NCBI RefSeq assembly: GCF_029504745.1
Contig: NZ_JAQFIQ010000009.1
Coordinates: 1-32,000, forward strand
Direction: 5' to 3'
DNA from: Breznakia sp. PF5-3
GTDB taxonomy: Bacteria > Bacillota_I > Bacilli_A > Erysipelotrichales > Erysipelotrichaceae
DNA: 32,000 nt
In this document: in pieces, positions 8,582 through 17,773 of the stretch
Layout of the letters: each line of letters opens with the position of its first letter
How positions within the stretch are numbered: position 1 is the first letter of the stretch
Notes under the pieces: model-generated
What the model saw: the letters and a program-made list of their open reading frames with translations, nothing else
Told to the model about the DNA's origin: nothing
The model's database searches: none
Translations under genes and position numbers: made by a program

Positions 8582-9073
8582 ATGGATAAAATAAAAATTG
8601 GAACAATTTTTAATACGCATGGGCTAAAAGGAGAAGTTAAAATTAAATCTTTTAGCGATTTTAACGATGAACGTTTCAAAGTAGGGAACACCCTTATTGT
8701 TGATACAAATAAAAGTGATATGGAATTGAAAGTTAAAACGTATCGTTTGCACAAAGGTGTTGTATTGGTTAGTTTTGAAGGTTATGACGATATTAATAAG
8801 ATAGAAGCATACAAAGGGAATGATATATATATAAACAAAGAATATATTTCGCCATTAAATGATGGATACTATTTTTTTGAATTAAAAGGATGTAAAGTAA
8901 TTGATCAAAGTGGTAATTTGATAGGGGAAGTTGAAGACATATTAGAAACAGGTGCTAATCCTGTTTTGCGTGTGAATAAAACAATATTAATACCGTATGT
9001 AGATGCTTTTATCAAGAATGTTGATATTCAAGAGAAAACGATTTATATCGAGACAATTGAGGGGTTGCTATGA
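8582..9073 (+). CDS. rimM: 16S rRNA processing protein RimM
   Basis: 163 aa with N-terminal IGTIFNTHGLKGEVKIKSFSD typical of RimM. GAGGTG lies upstream. It sits between khpA and trmD. Confidence 0.93.
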   Translation: MDKIKIGTIFNTHGLKGEVKIKSFSDFNDERFKVGNTLIVDTNKSDMELKVKTYRLHKGVVLVSFEGYDDINKIEAYKGNDIYINKEYISPLNDGYYFFELKGCKVIDQSGNLIGEVEDILETGANPVLRVNKTILIPYVDAFIKNVDIQEKTIYIETIEGLL

Positions 9074-9801
9074 AAATTACAATTCTGACTTTATTCCCTG
9101 AATTTTTTGACTCTTTCAAAGCGACTTCTATTATAAAACGGGCTATTGATGATCACAGAATAGAAGTTGAATGTGTAAATTTTCGTGATTATACGTTAGA
9201 TAAACACAACAATGTAGATGATACTATATGTGGAGGCGGAGCAGGGATGTTATTGACTTGTCAGCCGATTGTAGATGCTATTAATGCAAATAAAAAGGCA
9301 TCTACAAAAGTTGTAATGCTAAGTCCACAAGGGAAGATGCTAAAGCAATCAATGGTTCGTGAATTGGCTCAAGAAAAAGAGTTAATTCTTCTATGTGGAC
9401 ATTATGAAGGGTTTGATGAACGAATCCGAGACTATGTAGATGAAGAAATATCTATTGGGGATTATGTGTTGACTGGTGGAGAAGTTGCAGCAAGTGTGTT
9501 ATGTGATGCAATTATTCGTTTACATGATGGAGTAATCCGTGAAGCAAGTCATCAAGATGACTCGTATGAGAATGGACTTTTAGAGTATCCTCAATATACA
9601 AGACCAATTGAATATGATGGAAAAAAAGTTCCAGAAATTCTATTAAGTGGACATCATGAAAAAATCAGAAAGTGGCGATTAAAGGAATCTATTCGGAAAA
9701 CGTACCAACGACGTAAAGATTTATTAGATAGTTATGAATTTAATAAGGAAGAAGAATTGCTGTATAAAGAAGTGATAGAAGAGGAAAAAAACAAAGAGTA
9801 A
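9070..9801 (+). CDS. trmD: tRNA (guanine37-N1)-methyltransferase TrmD
   Basis: 243 aa with an ATGA overlap onto rimM. Conserved TrmD segments are present (LLCGHYEGFDERI, IGDYVLTGGE, LLSGHHEKIRKWR). Confidence 0.95.
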   Translation: MKITILTLFPEFFDSFKATSIIKRAIDDHRIEVECVNFRDYTLDKHNNVDDTICGGGAGMLLTCQPIVDAINANKKASTKVVMLSPQGKMLKQSMVRELAQEKELILLCGHYEGFDERIRDYVDEEISIGDYVLTGGEVAASVLCDAIIRLHDGVIREASHQDDSYENGLLEYPQYTRPIEYDGKKVPEILLSGHHEKIRKWRLKESIRKTYQRRKDLLDSYEFNKEEELLYKEVIEEEKNKE

Positions 9802-9808
9802 AAAAGTG

Positions 9809-9837
9809 TTTACTTTTATACTGATTTTTGGTATTAT
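9809..9837 (+). promoter_or_regulatory. Internal promoter upstream of rplS
   Basis: TTTACT (9809-9814), 17-nt spacer, extended -10 TGGTATTAT (9829-9837). Confidence 0.5.
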
Positions 9838-9842
9838 TAATA

Positions 9843-9915
9843 AGCCTATTGGCTGCAGGGTTCCGCTAGTAACGTCTATGAACCACATGCATTGTTGAAG
9901 AAAAGGAGAAAGAAA
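9843..9915 (+). ncRNA. Candidate ribosomal protein L19 leader (autoregulatory 5' UTR of rplS)
   Basis: About 70-nt untranslated leader between the promoter and rplS. It has hairpin AGCC-TATT-GGCT (9843-9854). A longer helix pairs GCAGGGTTC (9855-9863) with GAACCACATGC (9880-9890). The position between trmD and rplS matches the Rfam L19_leader family of low-GC Gram-positives. No covariance model was run. Confidence 0.4.
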
Positions 9916-10263
9916 ATGAACTTGAATTTAGTTAATGAAGTTACAAAATCTCAATTGAAAAAAGACATCCCTGATTTTAGAAGTGGTTGTACAGTGAAAG
10001 TACACGTTAAGATTAAAGAGGGTGACAAATCTAGAATTCAGATTTTTGAAGGAATCGTAATCGCGAAAAAAGGTGGAGGAATCAATGAAACCTTTACAGT
10101 ACGTAAGATATCAAATCAAGTTGGAGTTGAAAGAACATTTCCTGTTCATTCACCAGTAATTGATAAGATTGAAGTAACTCGTCGCGGAAAAGTAAGAAGA
10201 AATAAATTACGTTACTTAAAAGGACGTAGTGGTAAAGCTGCTCGTATTAAAGAAATTCGTTAA
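9916..10263 (+). CDS. rplS: 50S ribosomal protein L19
   Basis: [14 protein letters not shown]...[16 protein letters not shown]...[19 protein letters not shown] is a canonical L19 sequence. Start moved to ATG 9916 because AAAAGGAGAAAG lies upstream. Confidence 0.96.
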   Translation: MNLNLVNEVTKSQLKKDIPDFRSGCTVKVHVKIKEGDKSRIQIFEGIVIAKKGGGINETFTVRKISNQVGVERTFPVHSPVIDKIEVTRRGKVRRNKLRYLKGRSGKAARIKEIR

Positions 10264-10265
10264 AA

Positions 10266-10290
10266 AGCAACACAAAGTGTTGTTTTTTTA
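10266..10290 (+). terminator. Rho-independent terminator after rplS
   Basis: CAACAC (10268-10273), loop AAA, GTGTTG (10277-10282), followed by a 7-nt T-run. Confidence 0.75.
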
Positions 10291-10329
10291 TACAGTGTGA
10301 ATTATTTTTCTAGTAAATAATTTCACAGG

Positions 10330-10338
10330 TGCTATAAT
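10330..10338 (+). promoter_or_regulatory. Extended -10 promoter (TGCTATAAT) for lepB-rbgA-rnhB
   Basis: TGCTATAAT at 10330-10338. AGGTGA follows 7 nt later. No convincing -35. Confidence 0.5.
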
Positions 10339-10350
10339 ATAATATAGGTG

Positions 10351-10953
10351 ATGAAAGTGGAAGAAAAATTGAAAAAAGAAACTAAAAAAGAATCCATAAA
10401 AATTGAAATATTAGATTTTGTTAGGATGATCCTAATATGCTTTGTTTTCGTTTTTTTGTGTGTAAAATTTGTTTTTCGTCCTGTTACAGTAGACGGAAAT
10501 AGTATGTATCCAACATTGGTCGATCAAGAGTTTGGATTTTCTAATGTGTTCTCAACATTTGTTAGTGATATTAAACGTTTTGAAGTAGTGGTAGTTTATA
10601 ATGAAGAAACTGATAAGCTTTGGGTAAAACGTGTGATTGGATTACCAGGTGAAACCGTTCAATACAAGAGCAATAAATTGTATATAAATGGAGAAATCGT
10701 TGAAGAAACATTTTTTGATCAAGAATATGTAAATAGTAAAACGAATAATGGTAATGAATTATTTACTAGTGATTATGGACCTATTACATTAAAAGAAGAT
10801 GAATACTTCTTATGTGGCGATAATCGTCAGATATCAAAAGATTCACGTAGTCCTAGTGTGGGGCCATTTAAGAAAAACGCAATCGTTAGTAAATATGTAA
10901 TTGTATTATATCCTTTTGATGAAATGGGAATCGTTTCAAATGGCAGCAAATAA
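10351..10953 (+). CDS. lepB: Signal peptidase I (S26 family)
   Basis: N-terminal TM anchor, catalytic Ser box GNSMYPTL, Lys box KRVIGLPGE and GDNRQISKDSR. The start is ambiguous among GTG 10348, ATG 10351 and GTG 10357. Only 10357 has a correctly spaced SD (AGGTGA at 10346-10351). Confidence 0.9.
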   Translation: MKVEEKLKKETKKESIKIEILDFVRMILICFVFVFLCVKFVFRPVTVDGNSMYPTLVDQEFGFSNVFSTFVSDIKRFEVVVVYNEETDKLWVKRVIGLPGETVQYKSNKLYINGEIVEETFFDQEYVNSKTNNGNELFTSDYGPITLKEDEYFLCGDNRQISKDSRSPSVGPFKKNAIVSKYVIVLYPFDEMGIVSNGSK

Positions 10954-11803
10954 TATTAATATTCAATGGTATCCAGGTCATATGACCAAAGCAAAGCGAG
11001 AAATGCAAAGTAAAATATCACTTGTAGATATGATAATTGAACTTCGTGATGCAAGAGTTCCTAATGCTAGCAAAAACCCTTTAATTGATGAATTGATACA
11101 GCAAAAGCCAAGATTGATTGTTTTAACAAAAATTGATAAAGCTGAAGCTGATGAAACACAAAAGTGGATTTCTTTTTTAAATAATGAAACCACAAAAGTA
11201 ATAGGGTTAGATGTATTACATGATAATTGTGTAAAAATTATTACAGATGCTGTTTTAGAACTAGTAAAAGAAAAGCGAGAACGACAAATACGCAAAGGGA
11301 TGAATCCCCGTGCTGTCAGATGTATGGTGTGTGGTATTCCTAATGTTGGTAAAAGCACACTCATTAATCGTATTGCTTCAAAAAAAATTTTAGAAACAGG
11401 AAACCGTCCTGGTGTTACAAAAGCAACAAGATGGGTGAAGGTAAACAAAGACATTGAATTGTTAGATACACCCGGTGTTTTATGGCCAAAATTTGATGAT
11501 GAAAACATAGGTATGATGTTAGCTATTACAGGAGCGATTCGTGATCAAGTTTTACCACTTGAGGAAATTGCGTATTATGCACTGAAATATTTGAAAGAAT
11601 ACTATCCAGCAGAGCTTGAAAATTATTACGGTGTTGAATTGATTGATAATAATTACAAATTATTTCAAGCTTTTGGTCGAAAAAAAGGATATTTGATTAA
11701 AGGTGATGAGGTTGATAATAAACGGGTTATTGAAACATTTATGAAAGACATACGAGATAATCGATTTGGTCGAATCACATGGGAGAAATGCAGTGGAATG
11801 TAA
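10940..11803 (+). CDS. rbgA: Ribosome biogenesis GTPase A (RbgA/YlqF, circularly permuted GTPase)
   Basis: MAANNINIQWYPGHMTKAKRE N-terminus. G4 (LTKIDKA) precedes G1 (GIPNVGKSTLIN) and DTPG. Start at ATG 10940 overlaps the lepB end by 14 nt. Confidence 0.93.
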   Translation: MAANNINIQWYPGHMTKAKREMQSKISLVDMIIELRDARVPNASKNPLIDELIQQKPRLIVLTKIDKAEADETQKWISFLNNETTKVIGLDVLHDNCVKIITDAVLELVKEKRERQIRKGMNPRAVRCMVCGIPNVGKSTLINRIASKKILETGNRPGVTKATRWVKVNKDIELLDTPGVLWPKFDDENIGMMLAITGAIRDQVLPLEEIAYYALKYLKEYYPAELENYYGVELIDNNYKLFQAFGRKKGYLIKGDEVDNKRVIETFMKDIRDNRFGRITWEKCSGM

Positions 11804-12413
11804 GAATGAATATGAAAAAAAATATACAAAAGAAGGATACACAAAGATTTTGGGTATAGATGAAGCAGGTAGAGGACCTTTAGCAGGTCCTTTAGTAGTT
11901 GCAGGAGTTTGTTTTCCAAAAGGATATGCACATGCAGAAATATATGATTCAAAGAAAATAAGCGAAAAAAAGAGGGAAGAACTCTTTGATGTAATAAAGA
12001 ATGATGCACAATACTACGATATAATAATTGTAGATATTGAAGAGATTGATAAATTGAACATTTATCAAGCAACCAAAAAAGCAATGATGCAAATTGCTAA
12101 CGATGCAGAAGATATAGAAGTTGTATTAAGTGATGCAATGCCCTTCACTTTATCAAATATGATTGTTGAGCCAATTGTAAAGGGTGACCAAAAAAGTGTG
12201 AGTATCGCTGCAGCAAGTATTTTAGCAAAAGTTACAAGGGATCGTATTATGAATATGTACGATGAAAAATATCCAGAGTATGGTTTCAAAAACCATAAAG
12301 GATATCCAACAAAGCAGCATTTAGCCGCTTTAGAAAAATATGGTGTTTTAGATATTCATCGCAAGAGTTACGGACCTGTTGCTCGACTTAGACAATTAAA
12401 GTTTGACATTTAA
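11793..12413 (+). CDS. rnhB: Ribonuclease HII
   Basis: GIDEAGRGPLAGPLVVA catalytic motif, plus DSKK and HRKSYGPV. There is no in-frame ATG upstream of the motif. GTG 11793 has GGGAGA 6 nt upstream. TTG 11766 (track) has no SD. Confidence 0.88.
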   Translation: MECKNEYEKKYTKEGYTKILGIDEAGRGPLAGPLVVAGVCFPKGYAHAEIYDSKKISEKKREELFDVIKNDAQYYDIIIVDIEEIDKLNIYQATKKAMMQIANDAEDIEVVLSDAMPFTLSNMIVEPIVKGDQKSVSIAAASILAKVTRDRIMNMYDEKYPEYGFKNHKGYPTKQHLAALEKYGVLDIHRKSYGPVARLRQLKFDI

Positions 12414-12436
12414 ATATCTTTTAGGATATTTTTTTG
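12412..12436 (+). terminator. Weak AT-rich hairpin/terminator after rnhB
   Basis: AAATATC (12412-12418) / GATATTT (12425-12431) with a 6-nt loop and a T-run. The stem has only one G:C pair, so its strength is doubtful. Confidence 0.35.
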
Positions 12437-12464
12437 TTTTATCAAATAATATAGAAGAACAACT

Positions 12465-13199
12465 ATGAAGCGAAAACAACTTTTATATTATGCAACGAAA
12501 TATGCAGGACAGTACAATAAAATAAAATACGCAGTTGAAACAAACGAACCTTTTAAAAACATTGAGTGCAAAACTCCTTATGTTTGTATTGGTGAAGACG
12601 ATTATCCGGATAACTTATATCTATTGAAAAATCCTCCATTTGTTCTTTTTTATGAAGGAGATATTAAATTGCTTAAAAACAAATTGATAGGCATTGTAGG
12701 GAGTCGTGATATGAGCGATGTAGGAAAATCGTATTGTGATATACTAATGCAATATCTTAATAAGGAATATATAACGCTTAGTGGATTGGCTAAAGGAGTT
12801 GATGGATATATACATCAACTCTCTATCCAAGAAAGAAAAACAATTGGGGTAATTGGATGTGGGTTGAATGTCGTGTATCCAAAAGAGAATAAATTGCTTT
12901 ATGAAGAATTGAAGAAAAATCATTTAATACTAAGCGAATATCCATACGATACAAAACCCTTAGCTATGCATTTTCCACTTAGAAATAGAATTATTGCCGC
13001 ATTAATAAATAAATTGGTAGTAGTAGAGGCAACGATCAGAAGTGGGACAATGCTAACGGTGAATGAAGCGTTACTTCTTAATAAGGATATATATTGTTTT
13101 CCATCGCCATTTATTGAAAATAGTGCCAGTGGCTGCAATATGCTAATTCAAGAAGGAGCGGATATATTGGTAGATGTAAATATGATTAAAGAGTTATAA
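12465..13199 (+). CDS. dprA: DNA processing protein DprA/Smf (short form)
   Basis: Rossmann-fold DprA signature: LIGIVGSRDMSDVG, GLAKGVDG, FPLRNRIIAAL, VVVEATIRSGTMLTVNEAL. The conserved dprA-topA adjacency is present. Only 244 aa. Confidence 0.88.
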   Translation: MKRKQLLYYATKYAGQYNKIKYAVETNEPFKNIECKTPYVCIGEDDYPDNLYLLKNPPFVLFYEGDIKLLKNKLIGIVGSRDMSDVGKSYCDILMQYLNKEYITLSGLAKGVDGYIHQLSIQERKTIGVIGCGLNVVYPKENKLLYEELKKNHLILSEYPYDTKPLAMHFPLRNRIIAALINKLVVVEATIRSGTMLTVNEALLLNKDIYCFPSPFIENSASGCNMLIQEGADILVDVNMIKEL

Positions 13200-13202
13200 A
13201 GG

Positions 13203-13231
13203 TTGACAAATAAGGAATGTAAAGATAATAT
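13203..13231 (+). promoter_or_regulatory. Sigma-A promoter of topA
   Basis: TTGACA (13203-13208), 17-nt spacer, TAATAT (13226-13231). GGAGG lies before ATG 13253. Confidence 0.65.
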
Positions 13232-13252
13232 GTTTTAGGACTGGAGGTTTTT

Positions 13253-15382
13253 ATGAAAAAATTAGTTATAGTCGAATCACCTTCAAAATCAAAGACGATT
13301 GAGAAATATTTAGGAAAAGATTTTAATGTTATTTCTAGTAAAGGGCATATTCGAGATTTAGCCACTACTGGAAAAGGTGGGTTAGGAATTGATATTGAAA
13401 ATGATTTCACCCCTACATACAAAATTAATAAAGATAAAAAAGATGTGGTCAAGGATTTGAAAGCATTGGCTAAAAAAAGTGATCAAGTATATTTGGCAAG
13501 TGACCCTGACCGTGAAGGAGAAGCTATTGCATGGCATTTAGCAAGTGAGCTTGGGTTAGATATGAACGATGAAAATCGTATTGTATTTAATGAAATTACG
13601 AAGCCAGCAATTTTGGAGGCTTTTGAACATCCAAGAGTAATTGATCAAGGATTGGTGCATTCTCAGGAAGCACGACGTATGGTAGATCGAATCATTGGTT
13701 TTAAATTATCAAAATTATTACAAAGTAAAATCAAGTCAAAATCAGCAGGTCGTGTACAATCTGTTGCTTTACGTATAATTGTTGAGCGAGAAAAAGAAAT
13801 TCGTGCATTTAAAACAGAAGAGTATTGGACGATTGATGCAATAGTTAACAAAGAAAAGAATAAATTTATTGCGGAATTAAGAAAATACAAAGGCAAAAAA
13901 GCGAAAATTAAAAACAAAGAAGAAAGTGATGCAATCATTGCAGCTTGTTCGGATAAGTATCAAGTTACTAAGATTGAGAAAAAGGTAAAGAAAAAGCAAC
14001 CAAAACTTCCGTTTATTACTTCAACATTACAACAAGAAGCTTCTACAAAATTGAACTTCAGTGCAAAAAAGACAATGCAAGTTGCTCAAAAATTGTATGA
14101 AGGTATCGAAGTTGGTACTGGCGTGGAAGGGTTGATATCTTATATGCGTACAGATTCAACAAGATTAAGTGATATGTTTGTAAGTGCTACTCTTTCTTAT
14201 ATAGATACGACATATGGAAAAAAATATGTTGGGCGTGCAAGACAGAAAAAGGTAGAAGGATCTCAAGATGCGCATGAAGCATGTCGTCCTACGGATATTA
14301 ATCGAACACCAGAATCTGTCAAAACATATTTAACAAATGATCAATATCGTTTGTATAAATTGATTTATGCAAGAACGTTAGCATCATTGATGGCTCCTGC
14401 TGAAAGTGATAGTGTAAGTGCAACAATTGTTAATAATGAATGTGAATTTGGAGCGAATGGTAATGTATTAGCTTTTGATGGATACTTAAAAATTTATGGA
14501 GATTACGAGAGCAATAAAGATGAAATGTTGCCACCGCTTACTGAAGGTGAAGTGCTAGAAGATGTCACTTTGGAAGGAAAACAACATTTTACAGAACCAC
14601 CAAAACGTTATAGTGAAGCACGATTAATCAAAGAGATGGAAGAGCAAGGTATTGGGCGTCCATCAACGTATGCTATGATAATTGATACACTGCAAGCACG
14701 TGGGTATGCAGAATTGAAAAAGCAAACAGAAACAGGGAAAACGAAAGTATTCTTCCCAACTGAACAAGGAGAACTCACGGATACAAAGTTACAAGAGTTT
14801 TTTGAAAGTTTGATTAATGTTAAATATACGGCTGCAATGGAAGAAGATTTAGATGATATTGCTGTTGGTAAAAAAGATATGGTAAAAGAGTTGCGCGATT
14901 TTTATAACCGATTTGAGCCTTTGCTTGAAAAAGCATATGATGAAATGGAAAAAATTGAAGCAGAGAAAACGGGTGAAAAATGTCCAGAATGTGGAAATGA
15001 TTTAGTTATTCGTAATGGACGATATGGAAAATTTGTAGCGTGCAGTAATTATCCTGAATGTAAATATATCAAACAGGACGAAGCTGAAAAAATTGATGAA
15101 AAATGTCCGAATTGTGGTGGTCCACTAGTGAAGAAAAAAGGACGATTCGGAGAATTTTATGCTTGTGCAAACTATCCTGAATGTAAATATATAAAATCGG
15201 ATCGAGAACCTCCACAGAAAACAGGAGAGATGTGTCCAGAATGCGGAAAAGAGTTAGTGAAACGAAAATCACGTTATGGAAAATATTTTATAGGGTGTAG
15301 TGGTTATCCTAAATGTCGCTACATAAAAAAAGAAGAAGATAAAAAGGATGATAAAGAAGAAAACAAAGAAGAGGAAAAATAA
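13253..15382 (+). CDS. topA: DNA topoisomerase I (type IA)
   Basis: TOPRIM start [18 protein letters not shown], active-site Tyr region SYMRTDS, and three tandem C4 zinc ribbons (CPECG...CSNYPEC, CPNCG...CANYPEC, CPECG...CSGYPKC). The tail is Lys/Glu-rich. Confidence 0.97.
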   Translation: MKKLVIVESPSKSKTIEKYLGKDFNVISSKGHIRDLATTGKGGLGIDIENDFTPTYKINKDKKDVVKDLKALAKKSDQVYLASDPDREGEAIAWHLASELGLDMNDENRIVFNEITKPAILEAFEHPRVIDQGLVHSQEARRMVDRIIGFKLSKLLQSKIKSKSAGRVQSVALRIIVEREKEIRAFKTEEYWTIDAIVNKEKNKFIAELRKYKGKKAKIKNKEESDAIIAACSDKYQVTKIEKKVKKKQPKLPFITSTLQQEASTKLNFSAKKTMQVAQKLYEGIEVGTGVEGLISYMRTDSTRLSDMFVSATLSYIDTTYGKKYVGRARQKKVEGSQDAHEACRPTDINRTPESVKTYLTNDQYRLYKLIYARTLASLMAPAESDSVSATIVNNECEFGANGNVLAFDGYLKIYGDYESNKDEMLPPLTEGEVLEDVTLEGKQHFTEPPKRYSEARLIKEMEEQGIGRPSTYAMIIDTLQARGYAELKKQTETGKTKVFFPTEQGELTDTKLQEFFESLINVKYTAAMEEDLDDIAVGKKDMVKELRDFYNRFEPLLEKAYDEMEKIEAEKTGEKCPECGNDLVIRNGRYGKFVACSNYPECKYIKQDEAEKIDEKCPNCGGPLVKKKGRFGEFYACANYPECKYIKSDREPPQKTGEMCPECGKELVKRKSRYGKYFIGCSGYPKCRYIKKEEDKKDDKEENKEEEK

Positions 15383-16680
15383 TGAGCGAAGTAAAAGTAA
15401 TTGGAGCAGGGTTAGCAGGTTGTGAAGCAGCTTGGCAGTTAGTTAATCGTGGGATTAAAGTAAAACTTTATGAAATGCGACCAAAGAAAATGACACCAGC
15501 TCATCAAACTGGTGATTTTGCAGAACTGGTATGCTCAAATTCATTACGATCTAATTCTTTAAACAATGCAGTTGGAATAATGAAAGAAGAGTTGAGAATT
15601 CTCAACTCTTTAGTCATTCTTGCAGCAGATGAGAATCAAGTTCCTGCTGGAAGTGCACTGGCAGTCGATCGTAATGGGTTTTCAAGGATGATTAGTGAAA
15701 AATTAAAACAACATCCTTTAGTAGAAGTTATAGAGGAAGAAATTACTTCAATTCCGGAAGGAAATGTAATTGTTGCTACAGGTCCATTAACTAGTGATGC
15801 ATTGAGTACCCATATTCAATCACTATTTCATGAGGATAACTTTTATTTTTATGATGCAGCAGCACCAATTATTGAAAAAGATAGTATTGATTTTGATAAA
15901 GCATATTATAAGTCACGTTATGATAAAGGTGATGCAGATTATATAAATTGTCCAATGACTAAAGAAGAGTTTGATCAGTTCTATCAGGAACTGATTAATG
16001 CTGAAGTGGTTAAGCCAAAAGACTTTGAAGATGAGAAGTTTTTTGAAGGGTGCATGCCCTTTGAAGAGATAGCGCGTCGTGGTGAAAAGACACTCTTGTT
16101 TGGACCGATGAAACCAGTTGGTTTGGAAAAGGATACAGATCATCGACCATATGCGGTTGTTCAACTTCGCCAAGATGATGCAGCAGCTACACTATATAAT
16201 ATCGTTGGCTTTCAAACACATTTGAAATGGAGCGAGCAAAAACGCATTCTTTCTATGATTCCAGGATTGGAAAATTGTAATATCGTTCGTTATGGGGTTA
16301 TGCATCGAAATTCTTATTTATGTGCGCCTAAATGTTTGAAACAAACATATCAATCAGTAGTTCGAGATAATTTATTTTTTGCAGGCCAGATGTGTGGTGT
16401 TGAAGGGTATGTAGAATCTTGTGCTAGTGGCTTAGTTGCTGGTGTTAACATGGCTCGATTGATAAAGGGTGAGAAATTAGTTGAGTTTCCGCCAACATCT
16501 ACAATCGGTTCACAGGCATATTATATAACTCATACGAATCCAAATTATTTTCAACCAATGAATGCAAATTTTGGAATTATGGAGTTGAAGGAAAAAGTGA
16601 AAAAACGCGAACGCAAAGAAGCCTACGCAAAACAATCGATTGCAGTTATAAAGGAAATAAAGGAACACTATAATTTATGA
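15382..16680 (+). CDS. trmFO: Methylenetetrahydrofolate--tRNA-(uracil54-C5)-methyltransferase TrmFO (Gid)
   Basis: FAD motif [14 protein letters not shown] and the LVCSNSLRS segment. 432 aa. TAATG overlap with topA. The conserved topA-trmFO-xerC order is present. Confidence 0.95.
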   Translation: MSEVKVIGAGLAGCEAAWQLVNRGIKVKLYEMRPKKMTPAHQTGDFAELVCSNSLRSNSLNNAVGIMKEELRILNSLVILAADENQVPAGSALAVDRNGFSRMISEKLKQHPLVEVIEEEITSIPEGNVIVATGPLTSDALSTHIQSLFHEDNFYFYDAAAPIIEKDSIDFDKAYYKSRYDKGDADYINCPMTKEEFDQFYQELINAEVVKPKDFEDEKFFEGCMPFEEIARRGEKTLLFGPMKPVGLEKDTDHRPYAVVQLRQDDAAATLYNIVGFQTHLKWSEQKRILSMIPGLENCNIVRYGVMHRNSYLCAPKCLKQTYQSVVRDNLFFAGQMCGVEGYVESCASGLVAGVNMARLIKGEKLVEFPPTSTIGSQAYYITHTNPNYFQPMNANFGIMELKEKVKKRERKEAYAKQSIAVIKEIKEHYNL

Positions 16681-17588
16681 GAGAATTAATGGAACGTTTT
16701 TTAAGCTATGTGCATCAAAGAAATTCAGGATCAACTCATACTTATGATGCTTATCAAAGAGACATTGAAGAATTTATTTGTTTCTTAGAGCAAGAGGGGG
16801 TTGCTAGTTTTGATGGTGTAGATCGTATCGTTGTGAGCAATTATATTGTTTATTTACGTAATCGATTTACGAAACAAGGCGCTTTGAAGAATAGTAGCAT
16901 TTCAAGAAAACTTTCATCATTACGTTCCTTTTTTGCTTATTTAAATGAATATGTAGGAATCAGCAACAATCCGTTTCATTATATTAAAGCGCCAAAAAAT
17001 ACAAAGAAAATCCCAGAGTTTCTTTTTTATGACGAACTTGATCAATTACTAACATCTATTGATATTACTTCGGATGAAGGAATTCGTAATCGTGCTATGT
17101 TTGAACTTATGTATGCATGTGGATTGCGGGTAAGTGAAGTAGTTGATTTAAAAGTGGAAAATATTGATTTTGATGAAAATATTGTATTTGTTACAGGTAA
17201 AGGAGATAAGCAAAGAGTTATACCTTTTTATGAGGATGTAAACGAACTCTTACAAACATATTTATATAAAGTGAGAGTTAAATGGGTGAATAGTAATAAG
17301 GTAACTAATGTGTTTGTAAATCAGAGGGGGAATCCTCTGACTTCTAGGGGAATACAATATATCTTAAATAAGGAAGTTGATAAGAGTGGTTTGACAATGC
17401 GAGTACACCCACATATGATACGTCACAGTTTTGCGACACACTTGTTAGATAATGGAGCGGATCTTCGTATCGTCCAAGAACTATTAGGGCATTCATCTTT
17501 ATCTACTACTCAAATATATGTTCATGTAACACAAGAAAGATTGAAAGAAACATATAATTATGCACATCCACGTTCAAAAATGAAGTAA
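16677..17588 (+). CDS. xerC: Tyrosine recombinase XerC/CodV (chromosome dimer resolution)
   Basis: Catalytic residues in context: ACGLRVSE (Arg), [10 protein letters not shown] (HxxR) and [15 protein letters not shown] (His, Tyr). ATGA overlap with trmFO. Confidence 0.9.
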   Translation: MRELMERFLSYVHQRNSGSTHTYDAYQRDIEEFICFLEQEGVASFDGVDRIVVSNYIVYLRNRFTKQGALKNSSISRKLSSLRSFFAYLNEYVGISNNPFHYIKAPKNTKKIPEFLFYDELDQLLTSIDITSDEGIRNRAMFELMYACGLRVSEVVDLKVENIDFDENIVFVTGKGDKQRVIPFYEDVNELLQTYLYKVRVKWVNSNKVTNVFVNQRGNPLTSRGIQYILNKEVDKSGLTMRVHPHMIRHSFATHLLDNGADLRIVQELLGHSSLSTTQIYVHVTQERLKETYNYAHPRSKMK

Positions 17589-17611
17589 TATAGATGTTTT
17601 TTAGTGAAATA

Positions 17612-17640
17612 TTGAAATTCGTAAATAACCATGGTATTAT
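17612..17640 (+). promoter_or_regulatory. Sigma-A promoter of rpsB-tsf
   Basis: TTGAAA (17612-17617), 17-nt spacer, extended -10 TGGTATTAT (17632-17640). Confidence 0.65.
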
Positions 17641-17646
17641 ATAAAA

Positions 17647-17773
17647 GCGCGTTTGCGCAAATACACACATCATGGATTGGTTGATCCGTGCTCTAGCAGA
17701 AAGAAATCTAGCGATAATGGGTTATCAACTTTTGAAATGATGGAGGTTTAACGGAAAGTGAGGAAATATTATT
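17647..17773 (+). promoter_or_regulatory. Long structured 5' leader of rpsB (candidate autoregulatory element)
   Basis: About 125-nt leader. It has hairpin GCGC-GTTT-GCGC (17647-17658). A long-range helix pairs TTGATCC (17681-17687) with GG..ATCAA (17719-17727), enclosing CTAG...CTAG (17693-17696 / 17707-17710). Two SD-like elements are present: GGAGG at 17742-17746 and GTGAGGAAA at 17758-17766. Confidence 0.35.

Noticed and set aside
10978-12289. Long minus-strand ORFs (176, 139, 74 and 60 aa) opposite rbgA and rnhB
   Set aside because: They are antisense shadows of well-supported genes. They have no ribosome-binding sites and no recognisable motifs, and they would break an otherwise unidirectional operon.
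14980-15320. Nucleotide-level repeats such as A(T/C)TATCCTGAATGTAAATATAT at about 15049 and about 15172
   Set aside because: They encode the tandem C4 zinc-ribbon modules (NYPECKYIK) of topoisomerase I. This is an internal domain duplication, not a mobile or regulatory repeat.
16677-17588. Tyrosine recombinase as a marker of a mobile element or integron
   Set aside because: It is translationally coupled to trmFO in the conserved topA-trmFO-xerC arrangement. No att-like repeats or cargo genes are nearby. It is a housekeeping XerC/CodV.
17737-17751. Mini-ORF ATG ATG GAG GTT TAA in the rpsB leader
   Set aside because: It has four codons and no SD at the proper distance. It is more simply part of the decoy-SD region of the leader structure.
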